Below are positions 1 through 8,761 of a stretch of DNA of 64,000 nt, one piece after another. A model generated the notes under the pieces. The model was not told the DNA's origin and ran no database searches. It worked only from the letters and a program-made list of their open reading frames with translations. The position numbers and the translations under genes were made by a program. How positions within the stretch are numbered: position 1 is the first letter of the stretch; each line of letters opens with the position of its first letter. Source of the DNA: an uncultured Chloroflexia bacterium (GTDB taxonomy: Bacteria > Chloroflexota > Limnocylindria > Limnocylindrales > CSP1-4); the NCBI GenBank assembly GCA_963781845.1, contig CAWAHN010000016.1, positions 265,713-329,712 of the forward strand, in the 5' to 3' direction.

Positions 1-264
1 TCTACCGCCGACATGGTGCTCCTTCCTGCCTGGACGCCGCCTGGGGACGACGAACGAAGGACTCCGCCTCGCGTGGTCGCTCGGATGCGACACATGGCGC
101 GATGGCGACGCCTGGGGATCCCCACGGACACGTGGGGTGCGGGACGCCTCCCGGGGGGTCCCGTCGGCCTATAGTCTGCCCCGGGTCGCGGATCCGTGCA
201 CCGGCGGCCATCGACCCATCCCGACGCGGTGGTTCGCGCGTATCCTCGGCCGGGAGGCTCGTGC

Positions 265-853
265 ATGGCGGCCAACGACTATCACTTCGTGACCACCTGG
301 CAGATCGCCGGCGACGCCCGAGGAGATCTCGGCCGTGCTGGCCGACGCGGATGGGCTCGCCCGGTGGTGGCCGTCGGTCTACCTGACCGTTGACGTCGTC
401 GAGCCCGGCGACGCTCTTGGCCTGGGCAAGGTCGTCGACCTGTGGACCAAGGGCTGGCTGCCCTACTCGCTCCGTTGGCGGTTCACCGTCGACGGATCGG
501 ACCCGCCCCACGGGTTCAGCATCGCCGCGGACGGGGACTTCGTCGGGAGAGGGATCTGGACGCTCACGTCTCGGCTCGACCGGGACGATCCGGGCGGACC
601 GAGCACGTCGGTCGAGTACGACTGGCGGATCGTCGCGGAGAAGGGACTGCTCAAGAACCTGTCGCCGCTGATGAAGCCGATCTTCGGCGCGAACCACCGC
701 TGGGCGATGGCCCGCGGCGAGGAGAGCCTCAAGGCCGAGCTCGGCCGGCGACGCGCGGGCGACGATCCCACCCTCCTCGGCGCGATCCCGCCACCGCGGG
801 GCCCGACCTTCCCGCACGACCTCCTCGTCCGGAGACGTCGCCGGAGCGCCTGA
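265..853 (+). pseudogene. SRPBCC-superfamily protein (polyketide cyclase/dehydrase-like), reading frame broken once near 317-319
   Basis: ATG 265 is preceded by GGGAGG (252-257) and encodes MAANDYHFVTTWQIAGDA. The continuation EEISAVLADADGLARWWPSVYLTV...NHRWAMARGEESLKAEL is in the next frame (track ORF 335..853, GTG start). The two parts read as one SRPBCC protein, and the join falls on a CCC run. Alternative: an intact but N-terminally truncated CDS at 335..853. Confidence 0.5.
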
Positions 854-885
854 GGATCGCGACGCCGCCTGCTACCCTCTGCGGG

Positions 886-2010
886 ATGACCATCGAAGCG
901 CTTGACGCCGCGACCAGGGCGATCGCCGAGGAGCTCTCGGTCGACCGGGTCCTCCAGCTCATCGTCGACCGCGTCCGGCCACTGCTCCGCGCCCGATATG
1001 CCGCGCTCGGGATCGTCGATCCCCTCGGCAGGATCGAACGGTTCATCACGTCCGGCATCTCCGCCGAGGAGCGTGAGCTGATCGGCGACCTGCCACGAGG
1101 ACACGGCCTGCTCGGCCTGCTCATCCGGGAGAACCGGTCGATGCGCATCGTCGACATCGCGGCCGACCCCCACCGCCACGGATTCCCGCCGAATCACCCG
1201 CCGATGACGACCTTCCTGGGTTCGCCGATCACGGTCAAGGGCCGGTCGGTCGGGAACCTGTACCTGACCGACAAGATCGACGCGCCCGAGTTCAGCGCGG
1301 ACGACCAGCAGATCGTCGAGGTGTTCGCTCTCCATGCCGGGATCGCCATCGAGAACGCCCGCCTCCACGAGGAGATCCAGCGACTCGTGATCGTCGACGA
1401 GCGGGAGCGCATCGGCAAGGACCTCCACGACGGCATCATCCAGAACCTCTACGCCGTGGGCCTGTCGCTCGAGGACGTCCCGCAGATGATGATCGACGCG
1501 CCGGACGAGGCGGCGGCCCGCGTCGAGGGAGCGATCGACTCGCTTCACCATGCGATCCGCGACATCCGCAACTTCATCTTCGGACTGCAGCCCGATCTGC
1601 TCGGAGGGACGACGTTGCTCGGTGGTACGGCCATCCTCGTCGACGAATTGCGTCTCCACTCGACGATCGACTTCGAGCTCACCCTGGCGGAAGCCGAGCT
1701 GGCCGAACCTGACCAGGCGGTCACGCAGGACATCCTGGCCATCCTGTCCGAGGCCCTCGCCAACGTCGCCCGGCACTCGCAGGCGACGCGAGCCGATATC
1801 ACCGTTCGGACGGAAGGCAGGCTGCTCATCCTCGAGATCGCCGACAACGGGATCGGGTTCAACGGGGAGCGTGGGTCCAGCCTCGGCCACCAGGGCATGC
1901 GCAACATGCGCGAGCGTGCGGCCAGGGTCGGTGGCGAGCTCGCCGTCTGGAGCGCTCCCGGCGCCGGATCGCGGGTGACGCTCAACGTGCCCTTGGGGCC
2001 GGTGGCATGA
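886..2010 (+). CDS. GAF-domain sensor histidine kinase of the NarL-partner type (HisKA_3-like H-box; DevS/DosS-like architecture)
   Basis: The real coding part of track ORF 442..2010 starts at ATG 886, just after the SRPBCC stop (851-853). It has a GAF-like N-terminus, the H-box ERERIGKDLHDGIIQNLYAVG and C-terminal ATPase blocks (EALANVARHS, ADNGIGF, GHQGMRNMRERA). It overlaps the next gene by ATGA. Confidence 0.85.
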   Translation: MTIEALDAATRAIAEELSVDRVLQLIVDRVRPLLRARYAALGIVDPLGRIERFITSGISAEERELIGDLPRGHGLLGLLIRENRSMRIVDIAADPHRHGFPPNHPPMTTFLGSPITVKGRSVGNLYLTDKIDAPEFSADDQQIVEVFALHAGIAIENARLHEEIQRLVIVDERERIGKDLHDGIIQNLYAVGLSLEDVPQMMIDAPDEAAARVEGAIDSLHHAIRDIRNFIFGLQPDLLGGTTLLGGTAILVDELRLHSTIDFELTLAEAELAEPDQAVTQDILAILSEALANVARHSQATRADITVRTEGRLLILEIADNGIGFNGERGSSLGHQGMRNMRERAARVGGELAVWSAPGAGSRVTLNVPLGPVA

Positions 2011-2678
2011 CCGGCGACACGCCTGTCGCGCCGCTCCGCCTCCTCGTCGTCGACGACCACGAGGTCGTCCGCGAGGGCCTGGTGTCCCTCCTCGACCGAC
2101 GGCCCGGGTTCCAGGTCGTCGCCCAGGCAGGATCGGTGGCGGAAGCTCTGGCCGAGGCCCGGCGGCACCGACCGGACCTCGTGATCATGGACGTCCGCCT
2201 GCCCGACGGATCGGGGATCGAAGCCTGCCGGGAGATCCGCTCGGAGATGCCGGCGACGCGGGTGGTGATGCTGACCAGCTATCCGGACGAGGAGGCGGTC
2301 CTGTCCGCCATCGTGGCCGGTGCGAGCGGCTACCTCCTCAAGCAGGTCCGCGCCCGCGACCTCGTGGCGGCCCTCGAAGTCGTCGGCAACGGCGGGTCGC
2401 TGCTCGATCCGGCGGTCACCGAACGGGTCCTCGAGCGGATCCGCCGGGTGGCGGCGTCGGATGAACCCGACGAGCTGGCCGGCCTGACGACGCAGGAACG
2501 CAAGATCCTGGCGCTGGTCGCCGAGGGGAAGACGAACAAGGAGATCGCGGCCGAGGTCTACCTGTCGGACAAGACGGTCAAGAACTACGTCAGCTCGATC
2601 CTGTCGAAGCTGAACCTCGAGCGCCGCGCCCAGGCGGCGGCGTTCGTCGCCAAGCACCGGACGCCCGGCGCCGGCTGA
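2007..2678 (+). CDS. NarL/LuxR-family response regulator (REC + HTH)
   Basis: The receiver reads LRLLVVDDHEVVREGL...PDLVIMDVRLPDGSG. The C-terminal LuxR HTH reads LTTQERKILALVAEGKTNKEIAAEVYLSDKTVKNYVSSILSKL. It is translationally coupled to the kinase. Confidence 0.9.
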   Translation: MTGDTPVAPLRLLVVDDHEVVREGLVSLLDRRPGFQVVAQAGSVAEALAEARRHRPDLVIMDVRLPDGSGIEACREIRSEMPATRVVMLTSYPDEEAVLSAIVAGASGYLLKQVRARDLVAALEVVGNGGSLLDPAVTERVLERIRRVAASDEPDELAGLTTQERKILALVAEGKTNKEIAAEVYLSDKTVKNYVSSILSKLNLERRAQAAAFVAKHRTPGAG

Positions 2679-2764
2679 CCGTCCAGGGCCGCCGGCCGCG
2701 CTGACCCACGGCGGGTTTCGACGACGGATGGCCCATCCGGACGGGCCGGTCGGCCCTCGCCTCG

Positions 2765-3301
2765 ATGGACCAGGGCGAACAGCATGCCCGCATGCTCACG
2801 CCCGGCGACCCGTCTCCGAACCCCCGATTCCGGCGGCTGTTGCTCGCCGTCGAGCTGCCGTCCGCCTCCGGGATCCCCGAGGCGCGCGCGCTGGGCCTCG
2901 CCGCGGAGCTGCATGCCTCCGTCGTCGTCGTCAGCGTCCTCGAGTCGACGGCGCACCTGCCGGTGACCACCGGACGGGTCGACCAGATCCGTGCGGTCCA
3001 CGAGCGGGCGGCGAACGACCTCAAGGCTCGCGGGCGCACCCTGGGCGTCGACGTCGACTACCTCATCTGGGAGGGCGACCCGGCCGATTCGATCATCGAG
3101 GCGGCCGGCGCGGAGCTCGTCGACCTGATCGTGATCGGGGCCCCCACGGATGACGGCCTGAGCGAGCCGCGGACCCGCGCCGTGTCCGATGCGGTCCTCC
3201 GCCGGTCCACGGTCCCCGTCCTGGTCGTCCCCGAACCGTCGCGCCCGGCCCGGCGCGCGATCCGGTCATCCGGCCCAGGGTCCACCGTCGGCCTGCGCTG
3301 A
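2765..3301 (+). CDS. Universal stress protein (UspA family)
   Basis: Usp-like layout: RRLLLAVE..., VDLIVIGAPTDDG...SDAVLRRSTVPVLVVP. The start is uncertain (ATG 2765 or ATG 2792). Confidence 0.7.
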   Translation: MDQGEQHARMLTPGDPSPNPRFRRLLLAVELPSASGIPEARALGLAAELHASVVVVSVLESTAHLPVTTGRVDQIRAVHERAANDLKARGRTLGVDVDYLIWEGDPADSIIEAAGAELVDLIVIGAPTDDGLSEPRTRAVSDAVLRRSTVPVLVVPEPSRPARRAIRSSGPGSTVGLR

Positions 3302-3313
3302 GCGACGGTCGGG

Positions 3314-5185
3314 TCAGGCCGCGCGGCTCCACGCACCCTCGAGCTCGATCGCCGTCACGGTCGCACGTTCAAGCACGCCGAAGGTCGTCTCCAGCTCGCG
3401 CGACCGACGCTCTCGATCTGCCGCGTCCTGGGTCATCGATCGCTCGATCGCATCGGCCGTCGCGCGATGGGTCCGACGTAGCTCGGCGATCCGCGCCGCG
3501 AAGCGGGCTCGCATGTCGCGCTGGAGCGTCCCCTCGAGCGAGGTCAGCCGTCCGTCGACCTCGAAGCGGACGTTCTCGACGAACCGGGCGACGAACGTCC
3601 GCGCCTCCTGGCGTCGATCGGTCAGCTGGCGTCGGCGCTCGCCGGCGACCTCCTTGCCGCCGAAGAACAGGGCGGCCCCGAGCAGGGCCGGCCCGACAAG
3701 GGCTGTCCCGAGCAGAGCCCCGAGCATCCCGAGCATCTCGACCCCGACGGTGGCCCCGGCGAGCAGTCCGAACCCGGCGAGCAGACCGGTCTGGAGCATG
3801 CCTCCGAACGCCTGACCCTCGGTCCACAGGCTCGATGCATCGAACGCGACGGGCGCGTCATCCGTCGTCCACGCCGAGTCCTCGTCGGCGAGGAGCCGGG
3901 CGACCGCCGTCTGGATGCCCGCCGCACCCTCGGTCGTGTCGTCGAACGCTCCCTTGACCGCGTCGGCCACCTGGGCCTGGACCCGGCGGCTCAGGTCGTC
4001 CCACTCGCGGCCGGGATCGATCCGCTCGATCTCGTCCTGGGCGTCGCGCAGGATCCGGCGCATCTCCGCCGCGAACGAGAACTCGACGCGGGTCCGCAGG
4101 CCCAGGAACTCGTCGTCGAGCCGGACCGACCAGTGCGCACCGGCTTCCTCGAGGGCGGCCGATCGGGCCTGGATGTCAGCGAGCTCGGCGGCGTAGCGGG
4201 AGGCCGCCTCGGGGTGGTCGAGCGCCGCGCGTTCCGCCATGACCGGCTCGCGGAGCTGGTCGAGCACGTCTCGCACCTCCTGGAACGCGACCGCGAAGGA
4301 CGCGGCTCGGGCCCGCCGTGCGACTTCGTCAAGGATGATCCCGGCGAACGACGGAACGCCGCTCTCGCGCTCCAGCGCGTCATCCCCGCTGGCCGCGCCG
4401 ACGGCGCTCAGGATCGCGCTGACCGGGTGGGGCCTCGTCGCCAGCTCGATGTCGCGAAGGTGGCGCTCGTCGATCTCCAGGATCCGTCGCCACTCGGGGT
4501 ACATGTCGATCTTGGTCAGGGCGACCACGACGAGCGGACCGGCATCGACCGCGCTCGACAGGAAGCCGAGCTCCGGACCGGTCAGCTCGGCCGACGCATC
4601 CGACACGAACACCAACGCATCCGCGATCGGCAGGAAGGCGAGCGTGGCCGCGGCATGTGCCGCGTTGAGCCCGCCGATCCCGGGGGTGTCCACGAGGGTG
4701 ATCCCACGAGCCAGGAGCGGGTGCGGCAGCGTCACCTCGACCAGCTCGACGGCGAGCCGGTCCCGCGGGTCGCCGCGCTCGGTGACCCACCGGGCCAGGT
4801 CCATCGGCTCGACCGCCTCGAGCGTCTCGACGCCCGCCACCCGACGATGGACCGTCGCGCTCGGCTGGGCGCCGTGTCGGAGCGTGGTCACGGTCGCCGT
4901 GGCCAGGTCGTCGTCGACGGGGCAGACATCCGCGCCGAGGAGGGCGTTGATCAACGCGCTCTTGCCCTGCTTGAACTCGCCCACGACGCAGATGACGGTG
5001 TCGGTCCGATCGATCCTCCGGCCGACGGCCGTGAGCCGGGCGGCGAGGTCGTCACGTCCACTGCTCGCGGCGAGGTCGCGGACCGTCGCCACGAGCCCGG
5101 AAACGGCCGTCGCATCCGGGGTCCCGCTCGATCCGTCCGCCGCGGCGAGCGACTCGCGCGGCGGCGCGGCGCCGTCTCCGGGCAT
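3314..5185 (-). CDS. Bacterial dynamin-like GTPase with C-terminal membrane-associated helices
   Basis: G1 is VVGEFKQGKSALINALLG, G3 is LVDTPGIGG and G4-like is ALTKID. A hydrophobic paddle (GLLAGFGLLAGATVGVEMLGMLGALLGTALVGPALLGAALFFGG) lies near the C-terminus. Start ATG 5185 is chosen because GGGAGGA lies 8 nt upstream; the track ORF extends to 5242. Confidence 0.8.
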   Translation of the reverse strand: MPGDGAAPPRESLAAADGSSGTPDATAVSGLVATVRDLAASSGRDDLAARLTAVGRRIDRTDTVICVVGEFKQGKSALINALLGADVCPVDDDLATATVTTLRHGAQPSATVHRRVAGVETLEAVEPMDLARWVTERGDPRDRLAVELVEVTLPHPLLARGITLVDTPGIGGLNAAHAAATLAFLPIADALVFVSDASAELTGPELGFLSSAVDAGPLVVVALTKIDMYPEWRRILEIDERHLRDIELATRPHPVSAILSAVGAASGDDALERESGVPSFAGIILDEVARRARAASFAVAFQEVRDVLDQLREPVMAERAALDHPEAASRYAAELADIQARSAALEEAGAHWSVRLDDEFLGLRTRVEFSFAAEMRRILRDAQDEIERIDPGREWDDLSRRVQAQVADAVKGAFDDTTEGAAGIQTAVARLLADEDSAWTTDDAPVAFDASSLWTEGQAFGGMLQTGLLAGFGLLAGATVGVEMLGMLGALLGTALVGPALLGAALFFGGKEVAGERRRQLTDRRQEARTFVARFVENVRFEVDGRLTSLEGTLQRDMRARFAARIAELRRTHRATADAIERSMTQDAADRERRSRELETTFGVLERATVTAIELEGAWSRAA

Positions 5186-5215
5186 CCCGCCGATCCTCCC
5201 TCTCATCGACCGACG

Positions 5216-5231
5216 CCGAGTGTACACTCGG
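5216..5231. promoter_or_regulatory. Perfect 16-bp palindrome CCGAGTGTACACTCGG in the 70-bp divergent intergenic region
   Basis: Read directly from the sequence. It contains TACACT (TANNNT, -10-like) on both strands and is centred between start 5185 (-) and GTG 5256 (+). Confidence 0.4.
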
Positions 5232-5255
5232 GCACCTCGCACGCGGAGAGCAGCG

Positions 5256-7176
5256 GTGGACTACGCGCTCGGGATCGATCTCGGAACGACCTACTCGGCC
5301 GCCGCCACGGCCCGCGGGGACCGGCTCGACATCTTCCAGCTGGGCGAGCGCGCGGCGACGATCCCGTCGGTCATCGTCCTCCGCGCGGACGGCGAGGTGC
5401 TCACCGGCGAAGCCGCAGAGCGGCGGGCGATGTCGGAGCCGCTCCGGACGGCCCGCGAGTTCAAGCGTCGCCTGGGCGACCCGACGCCGATCATCCTCGG
5501 CGGGACGCCGTACGGGGCGGAGGCCCTGATCGGTCACCTCCTGCGCAGCATCGTGGCCAAGGTGACCGAGCAGCTGGGCGGCCCGCCGGCGGCGATCGCC
5601 GTGTGCCACCCGGCGAGCTACGGCGAATACAAGATCGACCTGCTCCGGCAGGCCGTTCGGCAGGCCGACATCGGGGCGGTGGAGTTCATCACCGAACCAC
5701 AGGCGGCGGCCCTGCACTATGCGCTCCAGGAGCGCGTGCCGACCGGCGAGGTCATCGCCGTCTACGATTTCGGGGGCGGGACCTTCGACGCGACGATCCT
5801 GCGCAAGACCGATGCCGGCTACGACCAGCTGGGTCGGCCGGAAGGGATGGAACGGCTCGGCGGGATCGACTTCGACGAGGCCATCTTCGCCCACGTGATG
5901 ACGACGGTCCGGGCGGCCGGGGTGAGCGTCGACCCGAACGATCCCGCCACGCTTGCCGGCGTCGCCCGCCTGCGCGAGGAATGCCGCCGGGCGAAGGAGG
6001 GACTGTCGACCGACACGGACGCGACGATCCCCGTGTACCTGCCGGGCATCCAGACGGACGTGCGCCTCACCCGTGAAGAGTTCGAGGCGATGATCCGGCC
6101 ACGGATCCGCGAGACGATCCTCGCCCTCGAGCGGGCGGCCCGGAGCGCTGGGCTCGGGTTCGACGACCTCGATCGGATCCTGCTCGTCGGCGGGAGCTCA
6201 CGGATCCCGCTCGTCGCCGAGATGGTCCGCGAGGCGACACACCGGCCGATCGCACTCGATGCCCATCCCAAGCACACGATGGCGCTCGGGGCCGCGTGGG
6301 TGGCCGAGCATGGTCTCGAGACCGACCGGGCCGCGGACGGCGGTCCGGTGCTCGGCGCCGCAGCCGTCGCCGGCGTCGCGGCCGGCGCAGGGGTGCCCGC
6401 GGCCGAAGCGCCGCCGTCAGCGGACGTCGGGACGGCGTCGGCGGCGACCGGCGCGGAGCGGACAGCCGCGGGCCCGCCGCCTGCCGACGGGACGGCATCG
6501 CCGATCGCACCGATCGTGGCCAGCGGCGAGCGCGGCGAGCGTCGCGGGAGCCGGAGGCCCGACGTCGGCGAGCCCCGACGCGACCACCGCCCAGGGCCGA
6601 TCCGGCGGGGTCCCACGTGCCGGCATCGCCGGCCTCCTCGCGCTGGCGATCGTGATCGCACTCGCGGCGGGCGCGTACGCCGTGATCGGCTCCAGGTCCG
6701 ATGGCGCCGGAGCGTCGCCGACGGCCAGCCTCCCGGTCGCTCAGGCATCGATCCCCGCGCCGTCGACCGCCAGCCTCGCGCCGAGCGCCGGCCCATCCTC
6801 GGTCGCCGTGGCATCCCCGAGCGCGGCCCCGACGGCGACCCCGGCACCCACCCCCACCCCGACGCCGGCGGGCAAGCAGGCCAGGATCACGGCCATCACC
6901 GTGAAGTCGGGCGTCTACGTCGTGACCTACGAGGTCTTCGGATACAAGCAGAAGCTCCCGGGAATGCACGTCCACTTCTTCTTCGACACGGTGCCCCCCA
7001 AACAGGCCGGCATGCCGGGCGCCGGCCCCTGGTACGTCTACGGAGGTCCGATCCCGTTCAGGGGGTACAAGGTCTCCGACCGCCCGGCCAAGGCGACCCA
7101 GATGTGCATCCTCGTGGCGAACCCGGACCACTCGGTGATCCAGGACACCGGCAACTGCGTCGACCTGCCGAAGTAG
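5256..7176 (+). pseudogene. Hsp70/DnaK-like ATPase joined to a TM helix, PT linker and small C-terminal domain; one frame switch is needed between about 6516 and 6620
   Basis: GTG 5256 has GGAGAG upstream. Actin-like ATPase motifs are GIDLGTTYSAAA, VYDFGGGTFDATIL and ILLVGGSSRIPLV. The initial frame then degenerates into Arg-rich sequence with no stop until 7364. The next frame carries AGIAGLLALAIVIALAAGAYAVIG, the linker APTATPAPTPTPTPAGK and a compact domain ending at TAG 7174-7176. Confidence 0.6.
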
Positions 7177-7189
7177 GCGGGCTCGAGCG

Positions 7190-8692
7190 TTGTCGACCGA
7201 GCCGGGAGGTCTCCTCGAGCAGGTCCGTCGGATCGCGCTCGATCTGCGCGGCCTGGTCGACGACGATCTGGTCCCGGCGGTCGAGACCGCCAGCCGACGG
7301 CTCGACGAGCCGCTTCGGGTGGCCATCGCCGGTCGAACGAAGGCCGGCAAGTCGACCCTGTTGAATGCCCTCGTCGGGGAGCGCCTGGCGGCCACCGACG
7401 CCGGTGAGTGCACGAGGATCGTGACGTGGTACCGCTACGCGGCAGGCTATCGGGTGACCTGCGAGCTCCGACCGTCCGGGGCCGCGGAGCTGCCGTTCCG
7501 CAGGGAGAACGGCGCGCTGCTGATCGAGCTCGGCGGGCTCGACCCGACGGGGATCGAGCGGATCGATGTCGGCTGGCCCTCACGTCGACTGCTCGACCTC
7601 ACCCTGATCGACACGCCCGGCCTCGGGTCGAGCGACGAGGTCTCCTCGGCGCGGACCGTGGCTGCGCTGCTCGACGACGAAGGCGATCGCCCGGGCGAGG
7701 CCGATGCGGTCATCTACCTGATGCGGCATCTTCACCGGTCCGACGCCCAGTTCCTGGAGGCCTTCGCGGATCACTCGCTGGCGCATGCCTCGCCGGTCAA
7801 CGCGATCCTCGTCCTGTCCCGGGCCGACGAGATCGGCGCCGCTCGCGCCGATGCACTCGAGTCGGCGCAGGCGGTGGCGACCCGCTACGCCGACGATGAG
7901 CGGATCCGCGAGCTCGCCTCGGGCGTGGTCCCGGTGGCCGGCCTGATCGCCGAGACCGGGGTCACGCTTCGCGAGCAGCAGGTCACCTGGCTGCGCGAGA
8001 TCGCCGCACTGGCCGACGCCCGCCGGGCGTCCCTCCTCCGCTCGGTCGACCGGTTCCGTGACCCGGATCTCAATCCGCTCGGCTCGGACATCCGCGAGGA
8101 GCTCCTCGAGCGACTCGGCCTGTTCGGACTGCGGCTGACCGTCGGCCTGCTCGTCGAGGACCGCGAGCTGACCGCGACGGGCCTGTCCCAGGCGCTGATC
8201 GGCCGGTCCGGGATCGCGCAGCTCCGCTCGATCGTCGAGGATCGATTCGCGGGCCGCGCCGATGCGCTCAAGGCGCGGTCAGCCTTGAGCGCCTTCCGCG
8301 GCATCGCCGACGAGCTCGTGCGACGCGGCCGACCGGGCGCCGCGACGATCGCTGCGGACATCGAGCGACTCGAGGCCGGTTCCGAACAGCTCGCGCTGCT
8401 CCGGCTGCTCCATCTGGTCCTCGCCGGGCTGGTCGAGGTGAGCCCGTCCGAGCGCCTCGAGATCGATCGCCTGACCGGATCGACCGGGCCGGCCGAACGA
8501 GCCGGCCTCGATCCGGGCGCCTCACCGGATGCGATCCGGACCGCCGCGCTCGGCGGGGTCGAGCACTGGCGCGTCCGGGCGGCGAATCCGCTCACCGATC
8601 GCCGGGCGACCGAGGCGGCCGAGATCGTGATCCGGGCCTACGAACGCCTCTATCTCGACGCCGTCGACGGGGCGACACCGCCGCTCGCCTGA
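7190..8692 (+). CDS. Bacterial dynamin-like GTPase (IniC/DynB-like, no obvious TM segment)
   Basis: G1 is IAGRTKAGKSTLLNALVG and G3 is LIDTPGLGS. The segment ADAVIYLMRH is followed by LSRADE. TTG start at 7190, 13 nt after the previous stop. Confidence 0.8.
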   Translation: MSTEPGGLLEQVRRIALDLRGLVDDDLVPAVETASRRLDEPLRVAIAGRTKAGKSTLLNALVGERLAATDAGECTRIVTWYRYAAGYRVTCELRPSGAAELPFRRENGALLIELGGLDPTGIERIDVGWPSRRLLDLTLIDTPGLGSSDEVSSARTVAALLDDEGDRPGEADAVIYLMRHLHRSDAQFLEAFADHSLAHASPVNAILVLSRADEIGAARADALESAQAVATRYADDERIRELASGVVPVAGLIAETGVTLREQQVTWLREIAALADARRASLLRSVDRFRDPDLNPLGSDIREELLERLGLFGLRLTVGLLVEDRELTATGLSQALIGRSGIAQLRSIVEDRFAGRADALKARSALSAFRGIADELVRRGRPGAATIAADIERLEAGSEQLALLRLLHLVLAGLVEVSPSERLEIDRLTGSTGPAERAGLDPGASPDAIRTAALGGVEHWRVRAANPLTDRRATEAAEIVIRAYERLYLDAVDGATPPLA

Positions 8693-8708
8693 GCCGCACC
8701 CGGGAATC

Positions 8709-8742
8709 AGAAGAGGGACCGCCGGATGGCGGCCCCTCTTCT
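8709..8742. terminator. Bidirectional terminator-like hairpin between convergent genes
   Basis: In AGAAGAGGGACCGCC-GGAT-GGCGGCCCCTCTTCT, 14 of 15 stem positions pair. It lies between stop 8692 (+) and stop 8762 (-). Confidence 0.55.
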
Positions 8743-8761
8743 GTGCGTTGGGGGGGAAGCG

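Noticed and set aside
4133-5255. The upstream parts of + strand ORFs 4133..6076 and 4239..7364.
   Set aside because: They are antisense to the dynamin-like gene. The Hsp70-like sequence only begins at GTG 5256, which has its own RBS.
6516-6620. Programmed ribosomal frameshifting in the Hsp70-like gene.
   Set aside because: I see no slippery heptamer, no in-frame stop to stimulate shifting and no obvious downstream pseudoknot. Similar breaks elsewhere in the window argue for simple indels.
7177-7364. Read-through of the original Hsp70 frame to 7364.
   Set aside because: It is Arg-rich junk that overlaps the next GTPase gene by about 175 nt. The alternative frame ends cleanly at 7176 with a folded-looking domain.
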